Shown: positions 21,102-30,773 of the stretch, piece by piece
Layout: every line of letters begins with the position of its first letter
Numbering within the stretch: the stretch's first letter is position 1
Assembly: GCA_965223665.1 (NCBI GenBank)
Contig: OZ245011.1
Coordinates: forward strand, 2,496,001-2,560,000
Source of the DNA: Nitrospinaceae bacterium
GTDB lineage: Bacteria > Nitrospinota > Nitrospinia > Nitrospinales > Nitrospinaceae
Direction of reading: 5' to 3'
DNA length: 64,000 bases
Made by a program: the position numbers and the translations under genes
Notes under the pieces: generated by a model
What the model saw: the letters and a program-made list of their open reading frames with translations, nothing else
Databases searched by the model: none
Told to the model about the DNA's origin: nothing

Positions 21102-21977
21102 TTATTCGATTTTAAATTGTTGAGTCGTTGAAAAACGGTTCATTCGAATTCCTCCCATTCGTAAACCAATTAAAACATCTAAGGAAGGAACAAAAAAGGA
21201 CCACCCCGTAACGGGTTTAATGGCTTCCAACCATTGACAGTTTTCAGATGAAACACTTTCAAAATTCCTGAGCAGGAAATCTTCCCATTCCTCTAAGTCA
21301 CGATTAAATACTAATATCCATTGACTTTCATCTTTAAAAGAATTTTGCGGCCAAGAATGGATCAAATAATTTTTATCTTGAGATTTTATTATTTGATTAA
21401 AGCCCTCCCCAGCCGTAATTGGATTGGACTTTTTTCCTGAAAACTTTTGAACCCATAAAAAACTCCCTCCTGTAAAGTCAGGTTGGTCAGGACCAATTAA
21501 TATCGATGGCGGAGCGGAAATATCTTCTTTTTTTTCTTCAGATTTTTGGCACTTTCTTTTTTGTATTTCAACCTCATCAACAACTTCTGTCAATCTATGT
21601 AAATTCTTTTTTATTTGATCCCCCAACTTTTCAATTAACTTATAATTATCAGATGAAACATAAATTAATAAATCTCCCTCCCCCCCGGGGAAAGTTACAT
21701 TTTTAATTTCTAATTCTTCAAATTCTTTTAAGCCATTTGGCTTTCCAGTGTGCCAAACCAATATCCAAAACATTTGTCCAAAACCCACGGTACATTCTAT
21801 TTGATTTCCAGGATTCATCTTTAATAATTCGCTGGCAAGTCCTGGCACCATTACTGAGAATTGCGAAACACTCATTGCATTCATTGGAAGATCAATAACA
21901 TTAAAAACCCATAAATGTGAGTAAACTGAAGAATTCGGTTTGATTCCGGACTGTGGACGGGACATTTTTTTCACCAA
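21102..21977 (-). CDS. Degenerate Dyp-type peroxidase homologue
   Basis: VGFG..FW, GDLLIYVSSD, FTGGSFLWVQKF, PVTGWSFFVPS follow the DyP scaffold; no GxxDG motif visible. Confidence 0.7.
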   Translation of the reverse strand: MVKKMSRPQSGIKPNSSVYSHLWVFNVIDLPMNAMSVSQFSVMVPGLASELLKMNPGNQIECTVGFGQMFWILVWHTGKPNGLKEFEELEIKNVTFPGGEGDLLIYVSSDNYKLIEKLGDQIKKNLHRLTEVVDEVEIQKRKCQKSEEKKEDISAPPSILIGPDQPDFTGGSFLWVQKFSGKKSNPITAGEGFNQIIKSQDKNYLIHSWPQNSFKDESQWILVFNRDLEEWEDFLLRNFESVSSENCQWLEAIKPVTGWSFFVPSLDVLIGLRMGGIRMNRFSTTQQFKIE

Positions 21978-22195
21978 TCATAATAATTTGGTGAATTAAT
22001 CTACAGGAATTTAAAAATGAAACAAGGGGAATTATTCAAAGGAGAAGTGAGATTAAAGGAATCTCAACTTCCTTGAATAAGAGAAAGATAACACCTCCAA
22101 AAGGAGGGGAATAGGCCTCTTAGGAAAGAAATTACAATTAATTTGCAATTTAAAATGCAAACAAATAATTTATTGAACCAGAATCTTTTCTTTTT

Positions 22196-22408
22196 TTAAT
22201 GAGACTGGTTCAAATCATTATAGTCTGGGTAAACTAAATCCAAGGTTTGTTTAACCCAGTTGGGAACCTGAGGTTTGCTGGAAGTAACTAATCCAATTGC
22301 CTCTTCACTTTTCCAAAAGTTTTCCCAATGCATTTTGTTTAATTTTTTTTCTGAAACAACTTTTTTTACCGTACCATCAGGGCGTTTGACTCGAACTTCG
22401 TAAAACAT
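22196..22408 (-). CDS. Small hypothetical protein (MFYEVRV..PDG.VKKVVS...L...HW..F type)
   Basis: Strong GGGAGG SD and an upstream sigma54 promoter; resembles small proteins I associate with Nitrospinota (from recall, not searched). Confidence 0.8.
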   Translation of the reverse strand: MFYEVRVKRPDGTVKKVVSEKKLNKMHWENFWKSEEAIGLVTSSKPQVPNWVKQTLDLVYPDYNDLNQSH

Positions 22409-22557
22409 TTTAAAACCTCCCTTTAAATAGCCTTTTAATGTTTTTAATTTGACTCGGGAAAACCCCTATTAATAAAAATTTGGGGGGACAGGGAGGGTTT
22501 CCCCGAGTCTAACTTAACTAATTAATTTTTTTGATGTTACGTTTATATTAGTAACTA

Positions 22558-22574
22558 AGCAATCGACATGCCAA
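22558..22574 (-). promoter_or_regulatory. sigma54 (RpoN) -24/-12 promoter
   Basis: Minus strand TTGGCATGTCGATTGCT, a near-perfect TGGCAC-N5-TTGCW match. Confidence 0.8.
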
Positions 22575-22846
22575 AAATTTGGAAAATCTTACAAATAGTT
22601 TAAAGTGTGATATTTCAATAACTTTCAACCCAAACTATAGATTTTCTTTTATAGTAAATGTACTAAAATCTGGTCAATCATCAAAAATTCTCGTACGGCC
22701 TGCCGTACAAATTTCCATAACATATTGTTTTCCAAGGGTTATCATTTTTTTTACGGAAAATTGACAAAAAAGTTTAGTGACAATATTGGTAAAGACAGTG
22801 ACCAAAAAGGTAAGTCCAGAATTTTCTTGGAATTTTTAGGGGGGGA

Positions 22847-23545
22847 TTAATTTAAATCAAAAAATAGTATTTCACTTTCATGAGTTGCTTTTAAAGTAAG
22901 CTGGTTTTCATTACTTAAACCAGCCCCATCTCCTTCATCCAACTCTTGACCATTTATATAAACCTTCCCTCTAATAATTTGCACCCAGGAATGTCTATTA
23001 AAGTCCAAGGGTTGATTCAACTCTTGATTGGGTTCTACGATTGAAGAATAAATATTTACATCCTGATGAATTTTAAGGGTTTTTTCTCTCCCATCGGGAG
23101 AAACCATCAATTGCAATTTTCCCTTACGATCCTTTTCATTAAGAGAAATTTGCTCGTAGCCAGGATCAATATTTAATTTTTGCGGGAGAATCCAAATTTG
23201 AAGTAGTCGAAGAGGTTCGACAATGGAGGAATTGTATTCGCTGTGCTCAATACCATAACCCGCGCTCATTCTTTGAATCTCTCCTGCGCGGATCAAATTT
23301 TGGTGCCCTAGGTTATCTTTATGAAGAACTCCACCTTCATAGACATAAGTAATGATTTCCATGTCCTTGTGAGGATGGGTACCAAACCCCCGACCAGGCT
23401 CAATAAAATCATCATTTATAACTCGGATGTCCCGGAACCCCATGAACCGGGAATCATAATATTCACCAAAAGAAAAAGTATGCTTGCTCTTTAACCAACC
23501 CCAATCAACTGCACCGCGTTCTTCAGATCGACGAATTTGAATCAT
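22847..23545 (-). CDS. Pirin family protein (YhhW-like)
   Basis: WLKSKHTFSFG, GFGTHPHKDMEIITYV, QRMSAGYGIEHSE, LLQIWI. Confidence 0.93.
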   Translation of the reverse strand: MIQIRRSEERGAVDWGWLKSKHTFSFGEYYDSRFMGFRDIRVINDDFIEPGRGFGTHPHKDMEIITYVYEGGVLHKDNLGHQNLIRAGEIQRMSAGYGIEHSEYNSSIVEPLRLLQIWILPQKLNIDPGYEQISLNEKDRKGKLQLMVSPDGREKTLKIHQDVNIYSSIVEPNQELNQPLDFNRHSWVQIIRGKVYINGQELDEGDGAGLSNENQLTLKATHESEILFFDLN

Positions 23546-23589
23546 AATTCGATTTTATTAAGAAAAACGAGGCAAAACCATCAAAAAGT

Positions 23590-24306
23590 TTAGAACTGAT
23601 AGTAAATAGAAATATAAAGCCTATGAATATCGTTAATATCGGCTGCTGCAAGTCTGTTATCTTCGGGCTGCTCATTCATATGCTGTCGACCGGTATTCCA
23701 TCCCGTTAAATCTGGCATCCAATCGTAACCAACTCTTGCAAAAAAATGGTCATAGAATTGACATTCCGCACCAAGGCCATAAAGCCCACTCAAACCTACG
23801 TCTTTAGGTTCACCCCCACCTAAGGGAAGAAATGCCCCTTTATCAGCTTCCTTAATTTCACTATAAACCACCCCAAACCTCACGTAAGGAATAAAATGTT
23901 GGGATACAGGGTAGCGTAATCCTATAATCCCTGCAAAACTGCTAATTTTAAATTCGTCAGCTTCTCCCCCAGTTCCTCCTGGTCCTGGACCAAATACAGT
24001 AAACTTTTCCGTGGTACTTATTGTAGGAATATACATAAATTCAAGAAATGCATACTGTCCAATTTTAGCTCCTACAAATAAATCTCCGGAAAACTTTTTG
24101 GTGTCAATAATATCATCGCAGCCTTTTGCCCCGAATGTGCCACCTCGGGTCGCATCCTCACATCCCTTCAAATGAGCTAGCGCTATGGAACCACCTGCGT
24201 AAAATTTTAATTTGTCACTAAATGAGGAGCCTGGGTCAGCATAAAGAGTGCCTGTCATCATGAGCACTAACGCTAAACAGGCAATAAAAATTGAGCGTAA
24301 TCGCAT
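23590..24306 (-). CDS. Outer-membrane 8-stranded beta-barrel protein (OmpA-TM/porin-like)
   Basis: Signal peptide, FYAGGSI, alternating strands, YGLGAE, terminal YYQF BAM signal. Confidence 0.8.
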   Translation of the reverse strand: MRLRSIFIACLALVLMMTGTLYADPGSSFSDKLKFYAGGSIALAHLKGCEDATRGGTFGAKGCDDIIDTKKFSGDLFVGAKIGQYAFLEFMYIPTISTTEKFTVFGPGPGGTGGEADEFKISSFAGIIGLRYPVSQHFIPYVRFGVVYSEIKEADKGAFLPLGGGEPKDVGLSGLYGLGAECQFYDHFFARVGYDWMPDLTGWNTGRQHMNEQPEDNRLAAADINDIHRLYISIYYQF

Positions 24307-24376
24307 ACTTTTTCTCCATACTAAATTGATGAAAATAATAACTTATGGGGTTTTGAGCTAATAAAAACTTCCTTAT

Positions 24377-24393
24377 TGCAAGGAAATTTCCCT
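24377..24393 (-). promoter_or_regulatory. Possible sigma54 promoter for the beta-barrel gene
   Basis: Minus strand AGGGAAATTTCCTTGCA: GG-N10-GC with TTGCA, about 70 nt upstream of ATG 24306. Confidence 0.4.
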
Positions 24394-24766
24394 AATTAAA
24401 GGGTAGGGATTCCCTTTTATAAAAAAACTTTATGCAAGTTAACACTACATTAGAAGAAAAACAATTTCAACGCTTTATTTTTCAATAAATTAACAACCAT
24501 TCTAATCTACATAAACTAAAAAGTCTTTAAAATTTTTGGAACGCCATAATAGAAAAGCTAATTTGTATGCGAATTCTAAAACCAAGAGCTCGGTCAGAAC
24601 AATATTTTACTCCAAAATTAATAGTAATCCCTGCTAACACCCCTCAAAAAAGGCAGGAAATCTTTGACTGTATCATAAACGGAATATTCCAAAAATCAAA
24701 TAAAATTCTGACCCTTTAAGAGACAATCATTAAAATAAAAGAAAAAATATTTTTGAGATAATTGTA

Positions 24767-24952
24767 ATGAACCAAAATGAACAATTTTTCCTATGTCCCT
24801 GTTGTGGTTCAAATATGTCTATTCTTTTAGACTTATCCATTTCCGACCAAACTTACATTGAAGATTGTGAAGTGTGTTGTCGTCCCCTTCAAATAAACTT
24901 TAAAACTAATGGCACAGAAATTATGGATTTTTTTGCACAGCCATCAAATTAA
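24767..24952 (+). CDS. CPXCG-motif cysteine-rich protein
   Basis: CPCCG...LDLS..DQTYIEDCEVCCRP. Confidence 0.88.
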   Translation: MNQNEQFFLCPCCGSNMSILLDLSISDQTYIEDCEVCCRPLQINFKTNGTEIMDFFAQPSN

Positions 24953-24959
24953 CTCAAGA

Positions 24960-26054
24960 TCAAAGTTTATCTTCCCTTTTTAGCTTATTAAAATGAACCA
25001 TTAATTCTTTTGTAAAGCGAATTGCATCTACTTTTCTAAGGTGGGACCATTCGGGACAATCAAACTTTCTCAATTCTGGATAATCTTCAAAATGAAATCC
25101 GGGAGATTGAGTAGATTCAATTAACTGGTCCCAATATTTTTCCCTTGGTGTTGTTTTCTTTTCCAATTCTCTCAATCCTCCTGAAGAAGGCAAACGAACA
25201 AATATCACCTTACCTCCTTTACCACGAATTTTTTCAACATTAACCTTTGTTGTTTGTAATACCTCTTGAATCACTTTTTCTCTTTCTTCTTTTATTTCCA
25301 AATCCGTTAATTGGGCTTGAGGCGATGGAGCGAATAAAGGCATCCAAATATTCTGAATACGTTTTTGAATGGCAGAATTTTTTTCAGCAAAATCAGTCAT
25401 ACCTCCCTGTCGCTCTTCATCCACTTCATGAAAATAGGGGGGCAGTTCCGGGGGAACTTTGGCATTAGGCCGATTAGGGAACCGTAGCTTATTTAAGAGC
25501 TGTTTAAGGCTCAAATCTTCCTTCTGGATAAAAGCAAAGTTTCTCTCTAAAAAAACTCCAATATTGTGCCCCACTTTTTGTGCTGGAGTCCATTCTCTAT
25601 AACGTTTGAGATGGCGATTTGCATTATTCGAAGAGGCTAATGGCGTAAAGAAAAATTTAGGCACAACACCTACTATTACCGTACCTGAATATTTGGGATC
25701 ATCTGCCAAATCCTTCAAATAGGGTCCAGGATTGGTTCCAACGGTAGAAAGCTGCAAAGGTCTCTCGTTAAAGGTTTTTTCATAAACATCTAAATTAAAA
25801 TCAAATAACATTCTGGAAGAACCTATCAATACCGTTCGTTGAGGATCTTCTTCTAAAATGGATCGCCGACTAGCCCACAAATCCTCAGTATCATTTAATG
25901 TTGGAGCATATCCCATATTCCTACAATACATTTCCCAACCTAAGGTCAAGAATAAAGTTAGGAAAAAAGCCACTCCAGCTAATAAAGCCCAGGAATGATT
26001 AGGAATTATTCTCTCCAATCGATAAGTTTTAAAACTGGAAGTAGATAAAGGCAT
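24960..26054 (-). CDS. Membrane-anchored SGNH/DltD-like partner of the MBOAT
   Basis: N-terminal TM, IGSSR (SGNH block I-like), C-terminal CPEWSHL; overlaps the MBOAT stop. Confidence 0.65.
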   Translation of the reverse strand: MPLSTSSFKTYRLERIIPNHSWALLAGVAFFLTLFLTLGWEMYCRNMGYAPTLNDTEDLWASRRSILEEDPQRTVLIGSSRMLFDFNLDVYEKTFNERPLQLSTVGTNPGPYLKDLADDPKYSGTVIVGVVPKFFFTPLASSNNANRHLKRYREWTPAQKVGHNIGVFLERNFAFIQKEDLSLKQLLNKLRFPNRPNAKVPPELPPYFHEVDEERQGGMTDFAEKNSAIQKRIQNIWMPLFAPSPQAQLTDLEIKEEREKVIQEVLQTTKVNVEKIRGKGGKVIFVRLPSSGGLRELEKKTTPREKYWDQLIESTQSPGFHFEDYPELRKFDCPEWSHLRKVDAIRFTKELMVHFNKLKREDKL

Positions 26055-27453
26055 TTCCTGCTCCCTGCATTAAAATTAAACTAAAAAACATACTGACCCA
26101 AATTGAAACTACTACCCAAGCCGGAAAACTTTCCATGGCATGTTCCAAGCGATTTTCTCTTAAATAAATATGTGAACTTAATAACCCCAGAACTATAGTT
26201 ACCACCTGAATGATCTGAAGTGTAGATAGTAATTGAACATTGCCTGAGCCTAATCCAAAAAGTGACTGCATTAAAGACCAGGCCGACGAAAAGTCGTGGG
26301 CTCTAAAAAAGACCCAACCTAAACTTACCAATATGAAAGTGACCAAACCTAAACCAAATCGACTAACCCGTTTTTTAGTCCACAATAAGTCGGCAAAGTT
26401 CTGTTTCAATAAATGTTCAATAACCAAATAAAAACCATGGAGTAGGCCCCAGGCAACAAATGTCCAGGCAGCCCCATGCCAAAGCCCTCCTAAAAACATT
26501 GTGATCATTAAATTGATTAATGTCCGGCCATTTCCCTTTTGATTTCCTCCAAGAGGAATATATAAATAATCTCTCAGCCAAGTGGAAAGTGTCATATGCC
26601 AACGCCTCCAAAAATCTGAGAAACCAATGGCGGCATACGGAGATCTAAAGTTATCCGGCAAAACAAATCCTAAACATAGAGCCACTCCAATAGCACAAGT
26701 TGAATATCCTGCGAAATCACAAAAAATTTGTGCAGAAAATGCCAGCAATCCAAGCCAGGCATCCCAAAAATAGATGGTGCCGTCTTTAAATCCAAATATG
26801 GCGTCTGCCGAGGAAGCTAACATTCCATCCGCCAAAACCACCTTTTGAAACAAACCCAGCGTAATGAAATACAAACCCCAGCCAAATTGATTTTTTGTTG
26901 CACGTTTCGCTTCGGTACATTGTGGCAGAAAATCAGTTGCCCTAACAATCGGTCCTGCAACCAACTGAGGAAAGAAGGTGACATACAATGCATAATCTAA
27001 AAATGATTTGCCTGGTTGTGCGCGACGCAGGTAAATATCTAATGTGTAGGAAAGAGTTTGAAAGGTATAAAACGAAATTCCAATGGGTAAAATAATATCC
27101 GGGACTGCAGGGTTAAAATTGAGTCCTATCCATTGGACCAACCCAATAAAATTTTTCAACAAAAACTCACCGTATTTGAAAAATCCCAATAATCCTAAAT
27201 TACCCAGCAAGCTCAAACCTAATAAAAATTGGCGCTCGCCAGTTTTTTCCCTTTTTGATAATTCCTTAGCCACCCACCAATCAAGAAGGGTTGAAAACCA
27301 AAGAATAATAACAAATGGAGGATTCCAGGCTGCGTAAAATATATAACTGGAAATCAGAAGAATGGATTTTTGAATTCTCCAGGATGAAACCGTGTAGTGA
27401 AATAGAAGAACGATAAGAAAAAAAACTATAAAAGTGAGGGAATTAAATAACAA
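26029..27453 (-). CDS. MBOAT family O-acyltransferase (AlgI/DltB-like)
   Basis: LPIGISFYTFQ, FFPQLVAGPI, DFAGYS, FWRRWHMTLSTWLRDYLYIPLGG, GLWHGA, FIYFQF. Probable TTG start at 27453 (xLFNS, GGAG SD) rather than 27483. Confidence 0.93.
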   Translation of the reverse strand: MLFNSLTFIVFFLIVLLFHYTVSSWRIQKSILLISSYIFYAAWNPPFVIILWFSTLLDWWVAKELSKREKTGERQFLLGLSLLGNLGLLGFFKYGEFLLKNFIGLVQWIGLNFNPAVPDIILPIGISFYTFQTLSYTLDIYLRRAQPGKSFLDYALYVTFFPQLVAGPIVRATDFLPQCTEAKRATKNQFGWGLYFITLGLFQKVVLADGMLASSADAIFGFKDGTIYFWDAWLGLLAFSAQIFCDFAGYSTCAIGVALCLGFVLPDNFRSPYAAIGFSDFWRRWHMTLSTWLRDYLYIPLGGNQKGNGRTLINLMITMFLGGLWHGAAWTFVAWGLLHGFYLVIEHLLKQNFADLLWTKKRVSRFGLGLVTFILVSLGWVFFRAHDFSSAWSLMQSLFGLGSGNVQLLSTLQIIQVVTIVLGLLSSHIYLRENRLEHAMESFPAWVVVSIWVSMFFSLILMQGAGNAFIYFQF

Positions 27454-27661
27454 TGGAGAGCTCCAGTCACATCTTTTGAACAAAGCTTCACTTAGAACAA
27501 TAATTGCTTTATATATCCTAGTGGATGGGATATGTCTAAAAAACTTAGGAATTGGCCCTGAAAAATGATTTCCTTTAAGTTTTTCAGGTTGAAGGCAACT
27601 ATTTGGAGGAAAAAATGGCCTTTAAAAACATTTTGGGAATTTTATTAAAAAAAGAGTTGAC

Positions 27662-27691
27662 ATAGTAAATAAAAAATATAATATTTATTAT
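27662..27691. promoter_or_regulatory. Putative TetR operator, copy 1
   Basis: ATAGTAAATA-N10-TATTTATTAT inverted repeat adjacent to TTGACA (27657). Confidence 0.65.
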
Positions 27692-27721
27692 TAAGTTTTT
27701 ATTGACCTAGAGAGCTATAAA

Positions 27722-28321
27722 ATGAAAATACTCGAAAAAACTCAAGATGAGATAAAAAATCAAATACTGGATGCGGCATATTCGCGCTTTGCCCAATATG
27801 GTATGGGAAAAACTACCATGGCTGAAATTGCAAAAGATTGCGATATGTCTGCTGGAAATCTTTATCGATATTATGAGAATAAGACTGAAATAGCAGCTGG
27901 TTGTTGTCAGCGTTGTTTGGGTGAGCAAAAAGTCTTATTCAGGGAAATCATTCAAAGGCCTAATTTGAGTCCCAGTCAGAGGTTGGAAACCTTTATAGTG
28001 GAGATGCTTCAGCATTTACACGCTCAATTTTCGCAAAAGCCGAGATTATTTGAGCTTGTGATGCATGTTTCTCAAGAACGTATGGATTTAGTTGAGCAAC
28101 ACCATAAGGTATTACAATCTTATTTAGCTGAAATTTTGGCTGAAGGAAATAAGTCTGGAGAATTTGATGTGCCAGACGTATTAACCAGCGCTGAAATGAT
28201 TTTAGCGGCAACTTCAAGGTTTAACGCTCCTCACTTTATGAGTTCATTTTCACTGGAACAATTAGAGCGAGAAGCAAAAGGCGTTGTGCAATTGTTAATA
28301 AGTGGACTGGCCAAACACTAG
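27722..28321 (+). CDS. TetR/AcrR family transcriptional regulator
   Basis: ILDAAYSRFAQYGMGKTTMAEIAKDCDMSAGNLYRYYENK HTH. Confidence 0.95.
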   Translation: MKILEKTQDEIKNQILDAAYSRFAQYGMGKTTMAEIAKDCDMSAGNLYRYYENKTEIAAGCCQRCLGEQKVLFREIIQRPNLSPSQRLETFIVEMLQHLHAQFSQKPRLFELVMHVSQERMDLVEQHHKVLQSYLAEILAEGNKSGEFDVPDVLTSAEMILAATSRFNAPHFMSSFSLEQLEREAKGVVQLLISGLAKH

Positions 28322-28342
28322 GTTATCCCTTTTTTTATTTTT

Positions 28343-28372
28343 ATAGTGAATATTTTATATTTTATTTATTAT
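28343..28372. promoter_or_regulatory. Putative TetR operator, copy 2
   Basis: ATAGTGAATA-N10-TATTTATTAT, same arms and spacing as copy 1, 22 nt before the MMPL ATG. Confidence 0.65.
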
Positions 28373-28394
28373 TAATTCTTTACCCGGAGGCAAA

Positions 28395-30734
28395 ATGCAA
28401 TTCAATAAAAATTTTGGAGAATGGGTGATTCGCTTTAGATGGTGGATCCTTATTCTTACTCTTGTCTTTGTGGGGGTGAGCGCAAGCGGCGCGCGATTTT
28501 TAGATTTTTCCTCCGACTATCGTGTCTTTTTTAGTGAAGAAAACCCTCAATTACAGGCATTTGATGCCCTGCAAAACACATACACCAAAAACGATAATGT
28601 GATGATTGCTCTCGCTCCCAAAGACGGGAAGGTTTTTACAAACGAAACTCTTTCCGCTGTCGAAGAACTTACAAAAGAGTCTTGGCAAATACCTTATTCA
28701 ATAAGAGTTGAATCCATCACGAACTTTCAACATTCATGGTCAAAAGAGGATGACTTAATTGTTGAGGATTTAATTAAAAAAGCTCCTAAACTTTCAGAAG
28801 CTGACATACAAAGAATAAAGAAAATTTCGCTGGCAGAACCTCTCTTAGTTAATCGACTTATTTCTCCTCAAGCCCACGTTACAGGGATTAATGTAACCAT
28901 CAATTTACCAGGCAAATCAATAACAGAAGTTCCTGAGGTCGCTGCTTTTGTTCGAAAAATGGCAGACGATTTCCGAGAACAGCATCCTGATATTGCTGTT
29001 TATTTAACGGGTGTTGCCATGATCAACAACCAGTTTGTTGAAGCCGGGCAACAGGATATGCAATCCCTGGTACCGCTTATGTTCTTAATCATTGCCGTTT
29101 TAATGTGGGTGGCCCTTCGATCTTTTGCAGGTACTTTTTCGACCCTTCTCATAATAGGATTTGCAACAGTTACGGCAATGGGGTTTGGAGGTTGGATAGG
29201 TATTTTACTTACCCCTGTATCGGGCAATGCCCCTGTTTACATATTAACCATGGCTGTAGCAGATAGTATTCATATATTAATTACCTTATTCCATGAAATG
29301 CGCCATGGTAAAACACGAAACGAAGCCATTGTTGAATCATTACGCGTTAATTTAAAACCTGTTTTTATTACAAGTTTGACCACAGCTATTGGTTTTCTAA
29401 GTTTGAACTTTAGTGACTCACCTCCCTATTGGGATTTGGGAAATATGGTTGCGGTAGGGGTGATGGCCGCCTTTTTCTATTCGGTTCTTTTTCTACCAGC
29501 ATTGATGTCTGTTCTGCCGCTGGCTAAAAAAACCAGCCAACCAAAGAAGAATGGGCATATGGATCGTTTTGCTGACTTTGTAATCAACCACAGACAAAAA
29601 CTGTTTTGGAGTTTGCTTGGCATCATAGTAATACTGGCAGTACAAATTCCAAAAATTGAAATCAATGATTTATTCGAGGAATATTTTGATACTCGATACA
29701 CTTTTCGCACCGATACAGATTTTGTCACTGAGAATTTAAGTGGCTTTGAATCTATCGAATACTCCCTCAGCGCGGGAGAGCCTGAAGGCATCAGTAAACC
29801 TGAATATTTGGCTAAGCTTGAAGAATTCAAGGAATGGTACAAGCAACAACCTGGTGTTATGTACGTTGGCTCTTTGACAGACATCATGAAACGGCTGAAT
29901 AAAAATATGCATGGGGATGATCCATCATATTACAAACTTCCGGAAGACCGTGAACTGTCTGCTCAGTATTTACTATTGTTTGAAATGAGCCTTCCTTATG
30001 GGTTGGATTTAAATAATCAAATCAACGTCAGTAAATCAGCCACCCGCTTTACGGTCATTTTTAAGGAAATAGATACCAAAACCACTCTCGCTTTAGAAGA
30101 AAAAGCGCAGGTTTGGCTCAAGGAAAATGGACTTCCTGAAATGCAAACTCATGGCGCCAGTCCTTTAATCATGTTTTCAAATATTGCCATGAGAAATATG
30201 ATCAGCATGATCAATGGCACCAGTTTAGCCTTGGTATTAATTTCAGCCATATTGATTGTAGCTCTCAGGAGTTTCAAATTTGGGGTTATTAGTTTAGTTC
30301 CAAATTTAGTCCCGGCGTTCATGGCATTCGGTTTATGGGCATTAATTTTTAAAGAAATTGGTATGGCGGTATCTGTAGTAATCGCTTTGTCTCTTGGAGT
30401 AATTGTAGACGACACCGTACATTTCTTGAGCAAGTATTTGCTTGCCCGTCGGGAATATGGAAAATCTCCGGAAGAAGCCGTCAGATATTCTTTTCATACA
30501 GTTGGGATGGCCTTATGGGTCACTTCCATTGTCCTGGTGATTGGGTTTCTCGTTCTCGGTACTTCCGGGTTTACCATTAACTCTCATATGGGATATTTAA
30601 CGGCCATTACGATTGGATTTGCATTATTTGCAGACTTTTTATTCCTGGCACCTTTACTTATGAAAATTGACAAGAAGTCTATTAAGAGTTTGGATGTCTC
30701 TCCAAATATCAAACCCAAACAATTGGCAATTTAA
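28395..30734 (+). CDS. MMPL/RND-family transporter
   Basis: Two repeats of 1+5 TMs; MAVADSIH, TSLTTAIGFLSL, LGVIVDDTVHF. Confidence 0.92.
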   Translation: MQFNKNFGEWVIRFRWWILILTLVFVGVSASGARFLDFSSDYRVFFSEENPQLQAFDALQNTYTKNDNVMIALAPKDGKVFTNETLSAVEELTKESWQIPYSIRVESITNFQHSWSKEDDLIVEDLIKKAPKLSEADIQRIKKISLAEPLLVNRLISPQAHVTGINVTINLPGKSITEVPEVAAFVRKMADDFREQHPDIAVYLTGVAMINNQFVEAGQQDMQSLVPLMFLIIAVLMWVALRSFAGTFSTLLIIGFATVTAMGFGGWIGILLTPVSGNAPVYILTMAVADSIHILITLFHEMRHGKTRNEAIVESLRVNLKPVFITSLTTAIGFLSLNFSDSPPYWDLGNMVAVGVMAAFFYSVLFLPALMSVLPLAKKTSQPKKNGHMDRFADFVINHRQKLFWSLLGIIVILAVQIPKIEINDLFEEYFDTRYTFRTDTDFVTENLSGFESIEYSLSAGEPEGISKPEYLAKLEEFKEWYKQQPGVMYVGSLTDIMKRLNKNMHGDDPSYYKLPEDRELSAQYLLLFEMSLPYGLDLNNQINVSKSATRFTVIFKEIDTKTTLALEEKAQVWLKENGLPEMQTHGASPLIMFSNIAMRNMISMINGTSLALVLISAILIVALRSFKFGVISLVPNLVPAFMAFGLWALIFKEIGMAVSVVIALSLGVIVDDTVHFLSKYLLARREYGKSPEEAVRYSFHTVGMALWVTSIVLVIGFLVLGTSGFTINSHMGYLTAITIGFALFADFLFLAPLLMKIDKKSIKSLDVSPNIKPKQLAI

Positions 30735-30773
30735 AGTTATAGAATGAAATTGATTTTTTATAGGGAGAAAACC

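Noticed and set aside
22579-22764. 61-aa plus-strand ORF
   Set aside because: TTG start without an SD, lying in the AT-rich enhancer-promoter interval of the opposite-strand gene.
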